Assembly (NCBI GenBank): GCA_963806185.1
Contig: CAWDXE010000004.1
Span: 160,001-224,000, forward strand
DNA: 64,000 nucleotides
Reading direction: 5' to 3'
Origin: an uncultured candidate division Zixibacteria bacterium
Lineage (GTDB): Bacteria > Zixibacteria > MSB-5A5 > GN15 > FEB-12
Position 1 is the stretch's first letter; each line of letters starts with the position of its first letter. The notes beneath the pieces were generated by a model that worked only from the letters and a program-made list of their open reading frames with translations, made no database searches and was not told where the DNA came from. Below, piece by piece: positions 21,518 to 31,484 of this stretch. A program made the translations under genes and the position numbers.

Positions 21518-22336
21518 ATGATGATTCCCAAGTCAGCACAAAAACTACTGCTCGTCCTGCTATTGATTGTCACAGTGATCTTCACCGTCGGTTGCGGCAC
21601 CAATATCCCGTCGGGCCACCGAGCCGTTTTCTATTCCCGCTTCGGCGGCGGCACGGAGTACGGCAAAGTGTACAGCGAGGGTTTTCAATGGCACATGCCC
21701 TGGAACAATTTCATGGTCTATCAAATCCAGTTGCAGGAGCGTAAAGAGTCGCTGACCATGCTCGCCTCCGATGGCGCCACGATTCAGATGGACGTTTCCG
21801 TGCTGTTCCATCCCGATCCCACCAAGCTCGATTCCCTGCAGGGGATGATCGGCCCCAACTACTACGACGTCAAAGTGGCTCCCACCATTCGCGGCGTCGG
21901 CAGGGCTATCGCCGGACGGTTTAAACCCGAAGAGATCTACTCTACCCGCCGCGACGAACTCAACAAGGTCATTTTTGACGAGTGCGTGACGGCGCTCGAG
22001 GGTTCGCACGTCACCATGGAGAACCTGTTCATTCGCGACGTTAAACTTCCGGAAAAAATCTCCGAAGCGATCAACTTCAAGCTGGCCGCCCAGCAAGAGG
22101 CCCAACGGATGGAGTTTACGATTCAAAAGGAAAAGCTTGAGGCCGATCGCAAACGGATCGAAGCGCAGGGCATTTCCGATTTCCAGAAGATCGTCGCTTC
22201 CGGCGTCACCCCTTCACTCTTGAAATGGAAAGGAATCGAAGCGACTGAAAAGCTGGCGGCCTCGCCGAACTCGAAAATAATCGTCATCGGCAACGGTGAC
22301 AGCCAATTGCCGATCATCCTGGGCGGAGATAAGTAG
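21518..22336 (+). CDS. SPFH/prohibitin family lipoprotein
   Basis: Lipobox TVGC; band-7 domain; EADRKRIEAQG...WKGIEAT tail; AAGGAGG RBS. Confidence 0.88.
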   Translation: MMIPKSAQKLLLVLLLIVTVIFTVGCGTNIPSGHRAVFYSRFGGGTEYGKVYSEGFQWHMPWNNFMVYQIQLQERKESLTMLASDGATIQMDVSVLFHPDPTKLDSLQGMIGPNYYDVKVAPTIRGVGRAIAGRFKPEEIYSTRRDELNKVIFDECVTALEGSHVTMENLFIRDVKLPEKISEAINFKLAAQQEAQRMEFTIQKEKLEADRKRIEAQGISDFQKIVASGVTPSLLKWKGIEATEKLAASPNSKIIVIGNGDSQLPIILGGDK

Positions 22337-22365
22337 CCCCTCGCACCGGTATTTGCGAAGATGAA

Positions 22366-22399
22366 AACGGAGCCGCCTCGCGATCTAAGCGACTCCGTT
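22366..22399. terminator. Possible bidirectional terminator
   Basis: AACGGAG...CTCCGTT imperfect hairpin between convergent genes. Confidence 0.5.
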
Positions 22400-22417
22400 C
22401 TTATTTTCATGAACACG

Positions 22418-23740
22418 CTATTGACAATTGGGTAGCGGGGTGAACGAAATGAAAAGATTGTAAATCAGCTCCGTCAAATCGCCAATATCGATGCCCCCTG
22501 TTACATCGCAATTCGCTTCCTGTTCGCAGCAGAGGGGAGAGAAGGAACCAAACAGGTTGTCGATCAACCTCGTGAGATCGCCGATATCGACGCTAGTATC
22601 GCAATTGACATCTCCGACCTCACCCACACAGCAGGTATCACACTGATCGGCGATTGGCGAACTCGGCCATTCAATTGTCGTCCCACTCGGCGGATTTACC
22701 GGCGGGCCGTCCCAAACACCCGTGCCCCCCATCCAATGTGAACCAGGTTGGCGGATGAAATAACCGCCCAGAAAGAGCCGATTATCAAAGACCTTCACGG
22801 CTTCAATATAGTCGTACGCGAACGCTTCGCTCGCTGGTACATCACGCCAGTTCATGCCGTCCCAGTGGACAACCTGTGTCAGGGTCGGATCTGATGGTGA
22901 CGAAATGTACCCCGCCACCACAAGTCCGCCGGCAAATGCCTCCATGGTGAATATCGGCCCGATGAGAGGAGAGCCTAGCCCCGACCAGCTCAGGCCGTCC
23001 CATGCCGCCACTCGGCCCACACACTGATCTGCAAAAGTTATCCGCCCTCCGGCGATCAACCTGCCGGCGATTTCTGCGAAACAAGCAACCGAACCCCGAA
23101 ATTCCGTGCCTACCATCTGCCACTGGGAACCGTCCCAGCGGCGCACGCCGAAGTCGCCACCGACAAACAGTTCGTCCCCGTACACCGTCAGCGCACTTAC
23201 CATTCCTGAAAATGTGCCGCCAAGCGTCGTCCAGGAGACGCCATCCCACTTCACTACGTAATTCTCCCAAGTTGAGCCGATCTTGAAGTATCCCCCGGCA
23301 ATGAGGTCACCGTGGAAATCTGCAAGCGCGTCCACGGACCCGTCCATATCGGCGGGAAATGGAACAAATCCCGCTCCGTCGAAAGTCACTATGTACCGGT
23401 AGCCCGTTTGCCCTGGGAAATTAAAATACCCCCCCACCGTTAACACCCCGTTATAGCTGGTAATCGATTTGACGCTCACTGCCTCCGGGCCGCCCAGCGG
23501 TTGCCACCCGGATCCCGTCCATTTGGCAAGAGGATTAGGCTGATGTCCAGTGTAGGCTGCCCCGGCGTACAACTCGCCGTTGTGAACGTAATAACAGACC
23601 GTCGTACGCGTCGAATCAAACTGAAGCGCCGACGGCTGAACCAGGGTCGGCTGCGTCCGGCCAGTAACACCAGCCAGGAGCATACAAAGTATGATCACTC
23701 CCCACCAGCCGCTCCGCCATCGTCCCTGCGTTGTTGCCAT
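22418..23740 (-). CDS. Secreted beta-propeller-repeat protein with C-terminal Cys-rich dockerin-like domain
   Basis: Signal peptide; repeated L(I/F)(A/V)GG.F...WDG..W..LG units; duplicated D.N(C)D...DIGDLT.LI.NLF. Confidence 0.8.
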   Translation of the reverse strand: MATTQGRWRSGWWGVIILCMLLAGVTGRTQPTLVQPSALQFDSTRTTVCYYVHNGELYAGAAYTGHQPNPLAKWTGSGWQPLGGPEAVSVKSITSYNGVLTVGGYFNFPGQTGYRYIVTFDGAGFVPFPADMDGSVDALADFHGDLIAGGYFKIGSTWENYVVKWDGVSWTTLGGTFSGMVSALTVYGDELFVGGDFGVRRWDGSQWQMVGTEFRGSVACFAEIAGRLIAGGRITFADQCVGRVAAWDGLSWSGLGSPLIGPIFTMEAFAGGLVVAGYISSPSDPTLTQVVHWDGMNWRDVPASEAFAYDYIEAVKVFDNRLFLGGYFIRQPGSHWMGGTGVWDGPPVNPPSGTTIEWPSSPIADQCDTCCVGEVGDVNCDTSVDIGDLTRLIDNLFGSFSPLCCEQEANCDVTGGIDIGDLTELIYNLFISFTPLPNCQ

Positions 23741-23898
23741 GTTGACTCCTTATCCTTTCGGATTGACCGCCCTGGGTGAGGGGCCGCTCGCCAGTCGACG
23801 GCCAGGTGGTTCCGTGATCTTCGTATACTAAATGTACCACCATCGCAAAATCATGCAAATCATTTGTTGCCGATGGGGTATAGAAGGAATGAAGGCGC

Positions 23899-24609
23899 TC
23901 AAAATGCAATGGTGTTACCGAAGGTAAGATACCGCCCTATCTGCCTCGTGTGTACTTGCTCGTGCCAGAGCGCCCGCCGCACCACTTTGCGTGCCGTCCA
24001 GCGCTCCCCACGTTTCTCCGCTACCATCGTGCTGCCCGCAAGTGTCGACAGAACTGCTGCCGTATGTTCGCGCACCTGCGAAAGCAGCGCAAAGATGTCC
24101 GTTGCCAGTAGTGACCGATCAAACGCCCTGTCCAACCGATCCAGGTACCACCACTCTGCTGTTGCCACGTGTTGCAAAATCCCCCGTATGGTCCCGAATC
24201 TGTCGCCGGGAATCGGTTGATCCAGCCTCTCAGTCATCAGCGGCCTGACCAGCCCGAGCAACTCCGCCCGATACAGGCGCATTAACAGCAGTCCATCGGC
24301 TATCTCGACTTCGGTGAGCGGGCGACGGTCATCTCTGAAGCAAGCGTTGACATAATAGTCATCCCCTGCTATCGAGAATGATTGATGGCGCTCGGCAATT
24401 TCATATTCGACAGGCACATCTTCGGTGATCTCCGTCTCCGTATTTGCTTGAAACGACTGCAACCGCCGGACATGTCGATTCACGCACTCCTCAACCCCAT
24501 CCAACGTTTCCTGCACTGTCGTCCCGCGCGAGTAACAACCGGGATATTCAAAGACCCAGGCCACCCAGTTATTCGGTTCGATATCCTCTATGCCGAGATG
24601 AACGCGCAT
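23899..24609 (-). CDS. HicB-like N-terminal domain fused to DinB-family domain
   Basis: WVAWVFEYPGCYSRGTTVQE (HicB-type); ILQHVATAEWWY and RRALWHEQVH (DinB His ligands). Confidence 0.75.
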   Translation of the reverse strand: MRVHLGIEDIEPNNWVAWVFEYPGCYSRGTTVQETLDGVEECVNRHVRRLQSFQANTETEITEDVPVEYEIAERHQSFSIAGDDYYVNACFRDDRRPLTEVEIADGLLLMRLYRAELLGLVRPLMTERLDQPIPGDRFGTIRGILQHVATAEWWYLDRLDRAFDRSLLATDIFALLSQVREHTAAVLSTLAGSTMVAEKRGERWTARKVVRRALWHEQVHTRQIGRYLTFGNTIAF

Positions 24610-24665
24610 GACAGACTTCCTCGCTGCTTTCAGCATAACCAAGGAAATCCGCCGCCGCAAGCAGG

Positions 24666-25152
24666 GTAGGTCGGGTTCCGGAGCGAGACACGCTCGAGGA
24701 GAAACCCGACAGCGAGACTGCCTTTGTCGGGTGGTCATTGAGATCCTGAATCATGAGAATGATTCAGGATGACGAGGTGGGGAGTTGCAGGTCGGATTCG
24801 GGAGTCTGTCGCAGACAAATGTTGAAGCTCGACACGACGAGCTGCCCCTTTTGCTCCCTCTCCCTTTGGTAGAGGGTCGGGGTGAGGGCCGGGGGGGCTC
24901 AATGAAGAAAGATGGCAAAACGCTTGTCGAATCAAGAGACGTAGGTCGGGAGCTGTAGCTCTCGACGTCAGAAGAAAAAGCGTCAGGTCACACGCTGCAG
25001 GGAGGCGTCGCAGGACCTTGTGGAGTGGGGAGTGCGGTGACGGTCAGGCACGGGGCCTGACCGCACATTTGCATACGCCGGGCTTCGACGAAGTTCACCC
25101 TGAGCCCTTCGACTTACGCTCAGGATAAACTACGCCGAAGGGCTCAGCCCGA
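24666..25152. repeat. Cluster of REP-like palindromic elements
   Basis: GTAGGTCGGG at 24666 and 24941; ATCCTGAATCAT...ATGATTCAGGAT; CCCTCTCCC...GAGGG/GGGGTGAGGG; nested CTGAGCCCTTCG...CGAAGGGCTCAG. Confidence 0.72.
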
Positions 25153-25229
25153 CGATAGAAATCTTAGATTGAGTTTTGCGACACTGTCGCGGGGGGTAAA
25201 GAAGGCACGCCCCGGGACAAGTGCCCCTC

Positions 25230-25598
25230 CTACATGCCTGAGCCGGGGAGCGGCTTGAACAGGCCGACAATTAACCCATCCGGATCCTTGAAGAAGGCCG
25301 ACTGGCCGACGCCGGGAATATCCATTGGCGGCACGACCGTCTGCCCACCGTGCTTCTCAATCTTTGACAGATATGCCGGGATATCATCGACCGCGATGTA
25401 GAACGTCAGGTACGGCGATCCCTTGGGCGCTTTGAAAATGCCGCCATTGATCCCTTGACCGCCGGTGTCAACCACGCCGTAATTCATCGGATTGCCGGCG
25501 TCGATCTTCCAATCAAACACACCCTGATAAAACTTGTGAGCCTTAGCATCGTCGGTTGCGGCGATCTCCCAATGCACAATTGGATTTGCCATTCTCAT
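25230..25598 (-). CDS. VOC/glyoxalase family protein
   Basis: NPIVHWEI...FYQGVFDW, FKDPDG. Confidence 0.88.
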   Translation of the reverse strand: MRMANPIVHWEIAATDDAKAHKFYQGVFDWKIDAGNPMNYGVVDTGGQGINGGIFKAPKGSPYLTFYIAVDDIPAYLSKIEKHGGQTVVPPMDIPGVGQSAFFKDPDGLIVGLFKPLPGSGM

Positions 25599-25769
25599 TT
25601 CCTTTCAGACGCTTGATGGGCACTTGGGCGGACAGGCGGCTATCCGCGTTGTTGAGAGGAAATATATAGTGGATTGTCTGAGTGCACAATCACATTAGTA
25701 TGAATGGGCGGCCCTCGGCCGGTTTGAGCCGACCTTGCCTATCGCATTGTGGCCGCATACATTACAGGC

Positions 25770-28079
25770 ATGGCTGCGCCTCCAAAACTGCGTTCGGATT
25801 TGATTACCGTACCGTCCACAGTCGACCAAGCGACTGTCTATACGATTAAGGATCCGATCACCGGCAAGTACTTTCGTCTGCGCGAACCGGAATTCTGGCT
25901 CATTTCGCAATTCGACGGACAATCTGAGGCGGACGAATTGGCGAAACGATTTCGCGAGCAGTTCGACGCCAACATCGCCGCCGATCAGGTCAATCAGTTT
26001 GTCACGATCCTGGAAGATCTCCTATTCCTGGAGAACACGCACAGCGAGCAGGGAATTTCCCGCCAAGCTTACCGGAACCAGATGGCGCGGTCGCGGCTGT
26101 CCCAGTTGCTCTACATGCCGCTGACCTCATTCGCTCCGGGGCGGATCCTTGATGTGGCAGTGCGGCTGTATCGCCCGCTTCACTCTCGACTCTGGTTTGC
26201 GGTGTCGCTGCTTGGGCTCATCCTCGCGGCATGGGTGCTGGGTGAGAACCGGAGTTCGTTTGCCATCGATCCCCGAACGCTGATTTCATGGAACACTCTC
26301 ATCACCCTGGTGGCGGCAATTTTCATCATGGGAGTGTTTCACGAAATGGCGCACGCCGTGGTTTGTCGTTATTACGGGGGTGACGTGCGACGCATGGGTT
26401 TCTTCCTGCTGTATTTTCAACCCTGCTTCTACTGCGACATTTCCGACGCCTGGCTCTTCCCCAAGCGGAGTCAGCGTCTCCTGGTGACACTCGCCGGACC
26501 GTATTGCCAGGCGTTGTTGACCGGCGCCGCGATCCTGCTGTGGCGAATCACCCAACCGGAGACCTGGATCAATTCGCTGGTCTGGATGACGGCGTTGATC
26601 TCGCTCGTTACGTTGCTATTCAACCTCAATCCTTTGATAAAGCTCGATGGCTATTACCTGTTGTCGGATTGGATGGAGGTCCCCAATCTGCGGCAAAAGG
26701 CATTCCGGTACCTGGGCAATGTCTTTAAACGCTGGGCGCTCGGCTGGCCAATTGAGCGGATTGACGTGACCGCGCGCGAGCGAAGGATATTTCTGATTTA
26801 TGCGGTTCTGGCGCTGATTTATTCGGCATTTCTGATCGGTTACTCGGCAATGTTTCTGGGTAGACTGGTTTTCCTGTACCTCGGCGGAGCGGGATTGCTG
26901 TTGTTGATTGGTGTCGTTCTGTTTATGTTACGACGGGAACTGGGACGCCTGGCCAAAGGGATTTTGCGGCACCTGGGGTATATGAAGACTTTGCTCGCGC
27001 ATCCAATACGTCTGACAGTCTATATCATTCTGACGATTGCGTTGATCGTCGTCTGCTTCATTGTCAAGTTCCCGCATCGAGTCGCCGGTGAGGTGACAGT
27101 CGCTCCGCTGCGCGAGTTCAGTGTAGGCATCAATCAACTTGGCTATCTGGAGAGCACGTACCGGCAGGGGGGAGAACATCCGGAAAACAAATCGTGGCTG
27201 ACAAAGATGGAATCGTCCGATGTCTTGGCGATTGAACTGAAGCCCATGGTCAATGACGGTCAGCACGTTAAGGCGGGAGACACGATTGCGATCGCCGTAT
27301 CCAACCTGATGGCGAAGGACCTCGAGTCTTCAGAGGCCGAATTACAGCGTCTTGAGGGAGAACTCGCGCTTCTGAAGGCGCCACCCAAGCGGGAACGGGT
27401 GGAGGAAGCACGCGCTCTCGTCAACAGTGCCCGCACCGCGCTCGATCAGCGTCAACGCGAATACAAACGCGTACAGCAATTGGTGGACCGTAAGCTGGGT
27501 ACACAGGAACAACTCGAGGGGGCTAAGTCGGCGGTCGACATCGCCGAAGCCGAAATGGCTAATCGAAAGTCGACTCTGGCACTCGTGGAGTCACCGCCCC
27601 GTCCGGAAGAAGAGGCCGTGCTTCAACACGCCATCGCCAAACAACAATCTCAAATCCAATATCTTCGCAGTCAGGCGGCAGCGCAGATTATTGCGGCGCC
27701 GATCGACGGAACGGTGCGTTCCCGATTGATTGACACCAAACTGCTGGTGATCGCGGACGGCGCGACCATTGAAGCGCAGGTACCTGTGACAGATATTGAC
27801 ATCCCACTCGTCTCATTGCGGCAGAAAGTGTCACTCAAGGTGCGCGCGTATCCGTCGATGGTTTTTGAGGGGGAAGTTGCCGCGTTGCCGGAAGTAGGCG
27901 TTGAAAAAGATAAGCAGATGATCTTTCCGGTGACGGCCACGTTCAAAAATGGCAGTGCACTGCTCCAACAGGGGATGAGTGGTTATGCCAAGATCGAAGT
28001 TGGCACGGCGACGCTGGCCGCGCGGTTGTGGCGTAAGTTACGATCCCTCATACGAGTAGAGTTCTGGTCCTGGTGGTAG
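25770..28079 (+). CDS. PqqD/RRE-like-M50 intramembrane metalloprotease-HlyD membrane-fusion protein
   Basis: N-terminal IKDPITGKYFRL...FDG...FVTILED (RRE-like, inferred); HEMAH at 26340-26354 and NLNPLIKLDG; coiled coil, IAAPIDG lipoyl half-motif and GMSGYAKI C-terminus. Confidence 0.88.
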   Translation: MAAPPKLRSDLITVPSTVDQATVYTIKDPITGKYFRLREPEFWLISQFDGQSEADELAKRFREQFDANIAADQVNQFVTILEDLLFLENTHSEQGISRQAYRNQMARSRLSQLLYMPLTSFAPGRILDVAVRLYRPLHSRLWFAVSLLGLILAAWVLGENRSSFAIDPRTLISWNTLITLVAAIFIMGVFHEMAHAVVCRYYGGDVRRMGFFLLYFQPCFYCDISDAWLFPKRSQRLLVTLAGPYCQALLTGAAILLWRITQPETWINSLVWMTALISLVTLLFNLNPLIKLDGYYLLSDWMEVPNLRQKAFRYLGNVFKRWALGWPIERIDVTARERRIFLIYAVLALIYSAFLIGYSAMFLGRLVFLYLGGAGLLLLIGVVLFMLRRELGRLAKGILRHLGYMKTLLAHPIRLTVYIILTIALIVVCFIVKFPHRVAGEVTVAPLREFSVGINQLGYLESTYRQGGEHPENKSWLTKMESSDVLAIELKPMVNDGQHVKAGDTIAIAVSNLMAKDLESSEAELQRLEGELALLKAPPKRERVEEARALVNSARTALDQRQREYKRVQQLVDRKLGTQEQLEGAKSAVDIAEAEMANRKSTLALVESPPRPEEEAVLQHAIAKQQSQIQYLRSQAAAQIIAAPIDGTVRSRLIDTKLLVIADGATIEAQVPVTDIDIPLVSLRQKVSLKVRAYPSMVFEGEVAALPEVGVEKDKQMIFPVTATFKNGSALLQQGMSGYAKIEVGTATLAARLWRKLRSLIRVEFWSWW

Positions 28080-28248
28080 GCCGGATGTAATAGTCGGCAG
28101 CAGTCGCGCACAGCACCGGCAAGTTTTGCATACCACTTTCACATAATCTCACCACATTTTCGATCAATCGCACTCGAATTTTTTTCCTGTGCGGCAAAGT
28201 TTTCCGATAATACTACCCCTAGATAAACATGGACAATGCTCATTTCTC

Positions 28249-28276
28249 TTGACGTGTGGCGGGCCGCTCGTATTTT
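28249..28276 (+). promoter_or_regulatory. Putative sigma70 promoter of the small peptide gene
   Basis: TTGACG-N16-TATTTT about 100 nt upstream of ATG 28380. Confidence 0.55.
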
Positions 28277-28379
28277 ATGAGTACATGCCTCCGCAGAGGC
28301 AGCACACACATCTGTAAATTACACACACACTCCTCCCGATGGGCGGGAGGGAGAGTACGTACATGAAGGAGGTGAATGA

Positions 28380-28457
28380 ATGAAAGACTACAAACTAACC
28401 GTAGAAGTCCTGGAGGAGCGCATCGCTCCGGGTATGAGCCTGGGCGGCCAGGGTTGA
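28380..28457 (+). CDS. Unannotated 25-aa peptide MKDYKLTVEVLEERIAPGMSLGGQG, putative precursor
   Basis: AAGGAGGTGA Shine-Dalgarno, ATG...TGA, own promoter and terminator; LEERIAP leader-like motif; immediately downstream of the RRE-M50-HlyD gene. Confidence 0.78.
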   Translation: MKDYKLTVEVLEERIAPGMSLGGQG

Positions 28458-28481
28458 TCTGACGGTTTCGTCTGATGAATC

Positions 28482-28505
28482 AAAGGGCAGGTTATCCTGC
28501 CCTTT
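28482..28505. terminator. Intrinsic terminator after the peptide gene, overlapping the stop codon of the convergent kinase-TPR gene
   Basis: AAAGGGCAGG-TTAT-CCTGCCCTTT perfect 10-bp stem followed by CCTTTTT. Confidence 0.8.
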
Positions 28506-31476
28506 CCTTTTTCGCCAAGATCGTTCCCAGCCGCCCAATCATCGCCGCCAATCGTTGTATGTGTCGCGTCTTTTGAAAACTGATCTGCGTCGCCTGATCA
28601 GTACCAGTCAACATCTGCTTGCTCAATTCGAGCGCCTTTCGGCAAAGCTGATAGCACGTTTCGTAGTCACTCTGACCAAAGAGAATCTCCGCACGCAGGA
28701 TCGACGACGATATCATTTCCGGCAGCAAGCCAGTATCGCGGGCCTCGCCGGACGCCCGGATCAGATACTCCGACGCCGGTTCGAGTTCACCAAGCCGTAA
28801 TTTCAATTCGCCCAACGAAAGCAGCGAGCGCGTAGAATCAATATGGCGCGGTGCGTTTTTCTCAGCGTTGATGAAAGAAGTCAGTCGGGGCGCAAGCGCT
28901 GTTGCCTCCGACAGGTCGTGTCGAGCGAGCGCCGATTCCATCTTTTCTATCGCAAGCGTCGAGCCAAAGTCCTTTACCTGGAGTTGTTCCGCGAGGGAGT
29001 ACGCTTCGGATTCTTCTGCCGGGGTGAAGTCGATCCTGGCTAGCGTGGTAAGGAGCGCCAATCGAGCGGGCGCCAGGCCAACGATTTCCTTTTCTTCCAT
29101 GGCGGCGCGGAGCAAGGCGGCGGCTTCAGCCGGCCGACCGAGCAGATACTGCAGTTCAGCTCGCAGTCTATAGAGGTATGCACGGATCTCTCCGTCGGAA
29201 ATCCCATTCAAGTGTCCTAGTGCGTCGTCGGCGGCTTGCAGCGCCTCGCGAATCTGACCCATGCGCACTAGAACCTGTCCCGTTTGCGTCGTAAAGGCTG
29301 CGAGGTGTGAGAGGTCACTCAAATCGAGCGCGAGACGGACGCCTTCCTTAAGATAGGCGAGGCAATCGGACAACCTGGCTGACCGGAGCATGACCAGTCC
29401 GAGGTTGTCGAGATTGAAGAGAATTTCCTTCTGATTGCCGATTTCGCGATTGAGCGCCAGCGATTCGGTGAGGTATTCGAGTGCTTCCCGGTGATATCCC
29501 TGATTATGAGCGAGGTAGCCCAGATTATTCAGCGTGCGGGCGATTTCACCTCTATCCCCGAGTTCACGTTTCAGTTTTAACGAGAGAACCATGACGGCCA
29601 GGGCGCGATCGGCGTTCCCGAGGAAGTAATATACGACGCCGAGATTCGTTACGGTAGAGGCGACATCGCGCTTGAGAGCGAGGCGGCGCTGAACGTGCAA
29701 GGCTCGACGGTAGTAACTGAGCGCCTTGCGGAAGTCGCCGGTCATCGAATGGACATTACCGAGATTGTTCGTTACATGCGATATCTCAAGACTGTTGCCC
29801 AGTCGTGTGAATATTTCCAGAGCCTTTTCGAGCGCGGTCACACCCGGCTGAAAGAGCCGTTTTGCCTTGTAGATATCGCCGAGCAGGTTGTAGGCGCGCG
29901 CGATCAGATAGTCGGGTCCGGAGTTGTTTCCGGTGATTTCCAAAAAAGCATGTTCGGCAAGCTCCGATTCGCCGGCGTCTTTGTGGATTTCGCCATGCTC
30001 GAGGAAAAGCCGGCAGACGGCCTCTGGTGATCGAGTCATGCGGCCATAGTCGATGCAGAAGTGGAGCAGCGCCTGCGCCTCGGCAAATTGATGCTTCTCT
30101 CGATACTGTTTAACCGCAGCCAGGGCACAACGTTCAGCGGATGCAAAATCACCGGTCTGGATATAGAGGCGCGCGGCATCATCGAAGGTTGATTGGCTCT
30201 CGCGATCGGCGGCCAGCTTACGTGATAGGCGCTTTATCGTTGTAACCGTCAACATGCCGCTGAACAAGTAGGAGGACAGCATGTCGGCATGGTCCGTGAG
30301 TTCATCGGGTGTCAACTGGGCACCGGCCGCGAGGATGACGGCGTTTCGTACGTCCGACTTGCGCCTTGCGAGAACTTGTCCGCGCCAGGCCTGGCTGACC
30401 TGCCGGCGAATGATTGACGGCCAGTACACGCCATTCGGAAAACGGAAGGAGGCGTTGTCGTAGGTGAGCATTCCGCGGCGCCAGTTGGCGGTGAGAATCA
30501 GTCTGGCGCTGGCAAGGCTTTCACCGGAGAGCATGAGGAAGCGTTTCATATCCCGGGCCGAGCTTGAGATGGGGCGTTCGCTGAGAGCCGCGACTGTCGA
30601 TTGTGCGGGGATCATGTGCTTTGGCTGCAGAGCCCGTTCGTAGGGATAGGACACACCGAGCTGACGCAGGCGGCTGCAAATCTCCCACCCGGATTGCGGT
30701 CGGTGGGCGGGGTCTTTGGCCATCAGTCTGCGCTACCAGATCGGACAGTTCTTCGCTCACGTCGGCTCGCAATGACGACAGCGGCGACGGATTGTCGAGA
30801 CGCACGCGGCTGGAGACCTCGACAGGGTCGGCGCCGTCCTTAAGAAATGGATGCGAACCGGATAGCATCATGTAGGCAGTGACACCCAGAGCAAAGAGAT
30901 CGGACTGATAGGAAGTATGGTTTCGGCCAGTGTTTCCGGCGCTATGTAGCCGATGGTGCCGAGACCGGCGCGAGTATCGTCTTCACTCGGTTTGCGGCCG
31001 AGGGAGAAGTCGGAGAATTTGACCCAGTGCAGATGACCGTCGTTGAGGTGTCGCCAGTCGACAGGCAGGAAGACGTTTTGCGGTTTGAAGTCGCCGTGAA
31101 TGATTCCTGCAGCGCGCAGGAACTCAAGGTCGAGTGCGATGGCCGAAATGATCGAACAGGCGACGTCTACGTCATCGAACGGCCGATCGAGTCCAGCGTC
31201 GGACCGGGGCAGAGTTCGAGTAACAGATAGTTGCCGGCAGTTCTCATGTTCCAGGATTCGTACCAGGCCGGGAAAGGCGTAAGACCGCCGATGAGCGTTT
31301 GTTCGCGGAGAGCGAGATGGTGAATTTCGGGCGGGAGAGTGTCGGAAATCGAGCGGATACTTAAGCGCCGCGTCACGATTCAGGTGAGGCGCGAAGACCC
31401 GCACAACTTCTGCCGTCCCCCCGCGACCGAGCCGGTCCTTGATTTGAAACCGGGACTGATCGAACGTCCTGTTCAT
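28492..31476 (-). CDS. Hanks-type Ser/Thr protein kinase with long C-terminal TPR array (several frameshifts in 30720-31350)
   Basis: LGRGGTAEV, AALK, IHGDFKPQN, DFSLG, GTIGYIAPE, HPF, AKDPAHRP across frames; TPR repeats (NNLGNVHSMTGDFRKALSYY) in ORF 28492-30723. Confidence 0.85.
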
Positions 31477-31484
31477 AATTCCTA

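Noticed and set aside
24735..24935. 66-aa ORF containing PHPDPLPKGEG
   Set aside because: This is the translation of a palindromic DNA repeat; the same applies to ORF 8665-9159.
24666..25152. CRISPR array, attC cassette array or IS element
   Set aside because: No regularly spaced identical repeats, no cas, integrase or transposase gene, and no terminal inverted repeats with target duplication.
28455..28475. Possible Sec readthrough of the peptide TGA (U-SDGFV*)
   Set aside because: The following hairpin has only a 4-bp core and its loop is about 7 nt from the UGA, too weak and too close for a typical bacterial SECIS.
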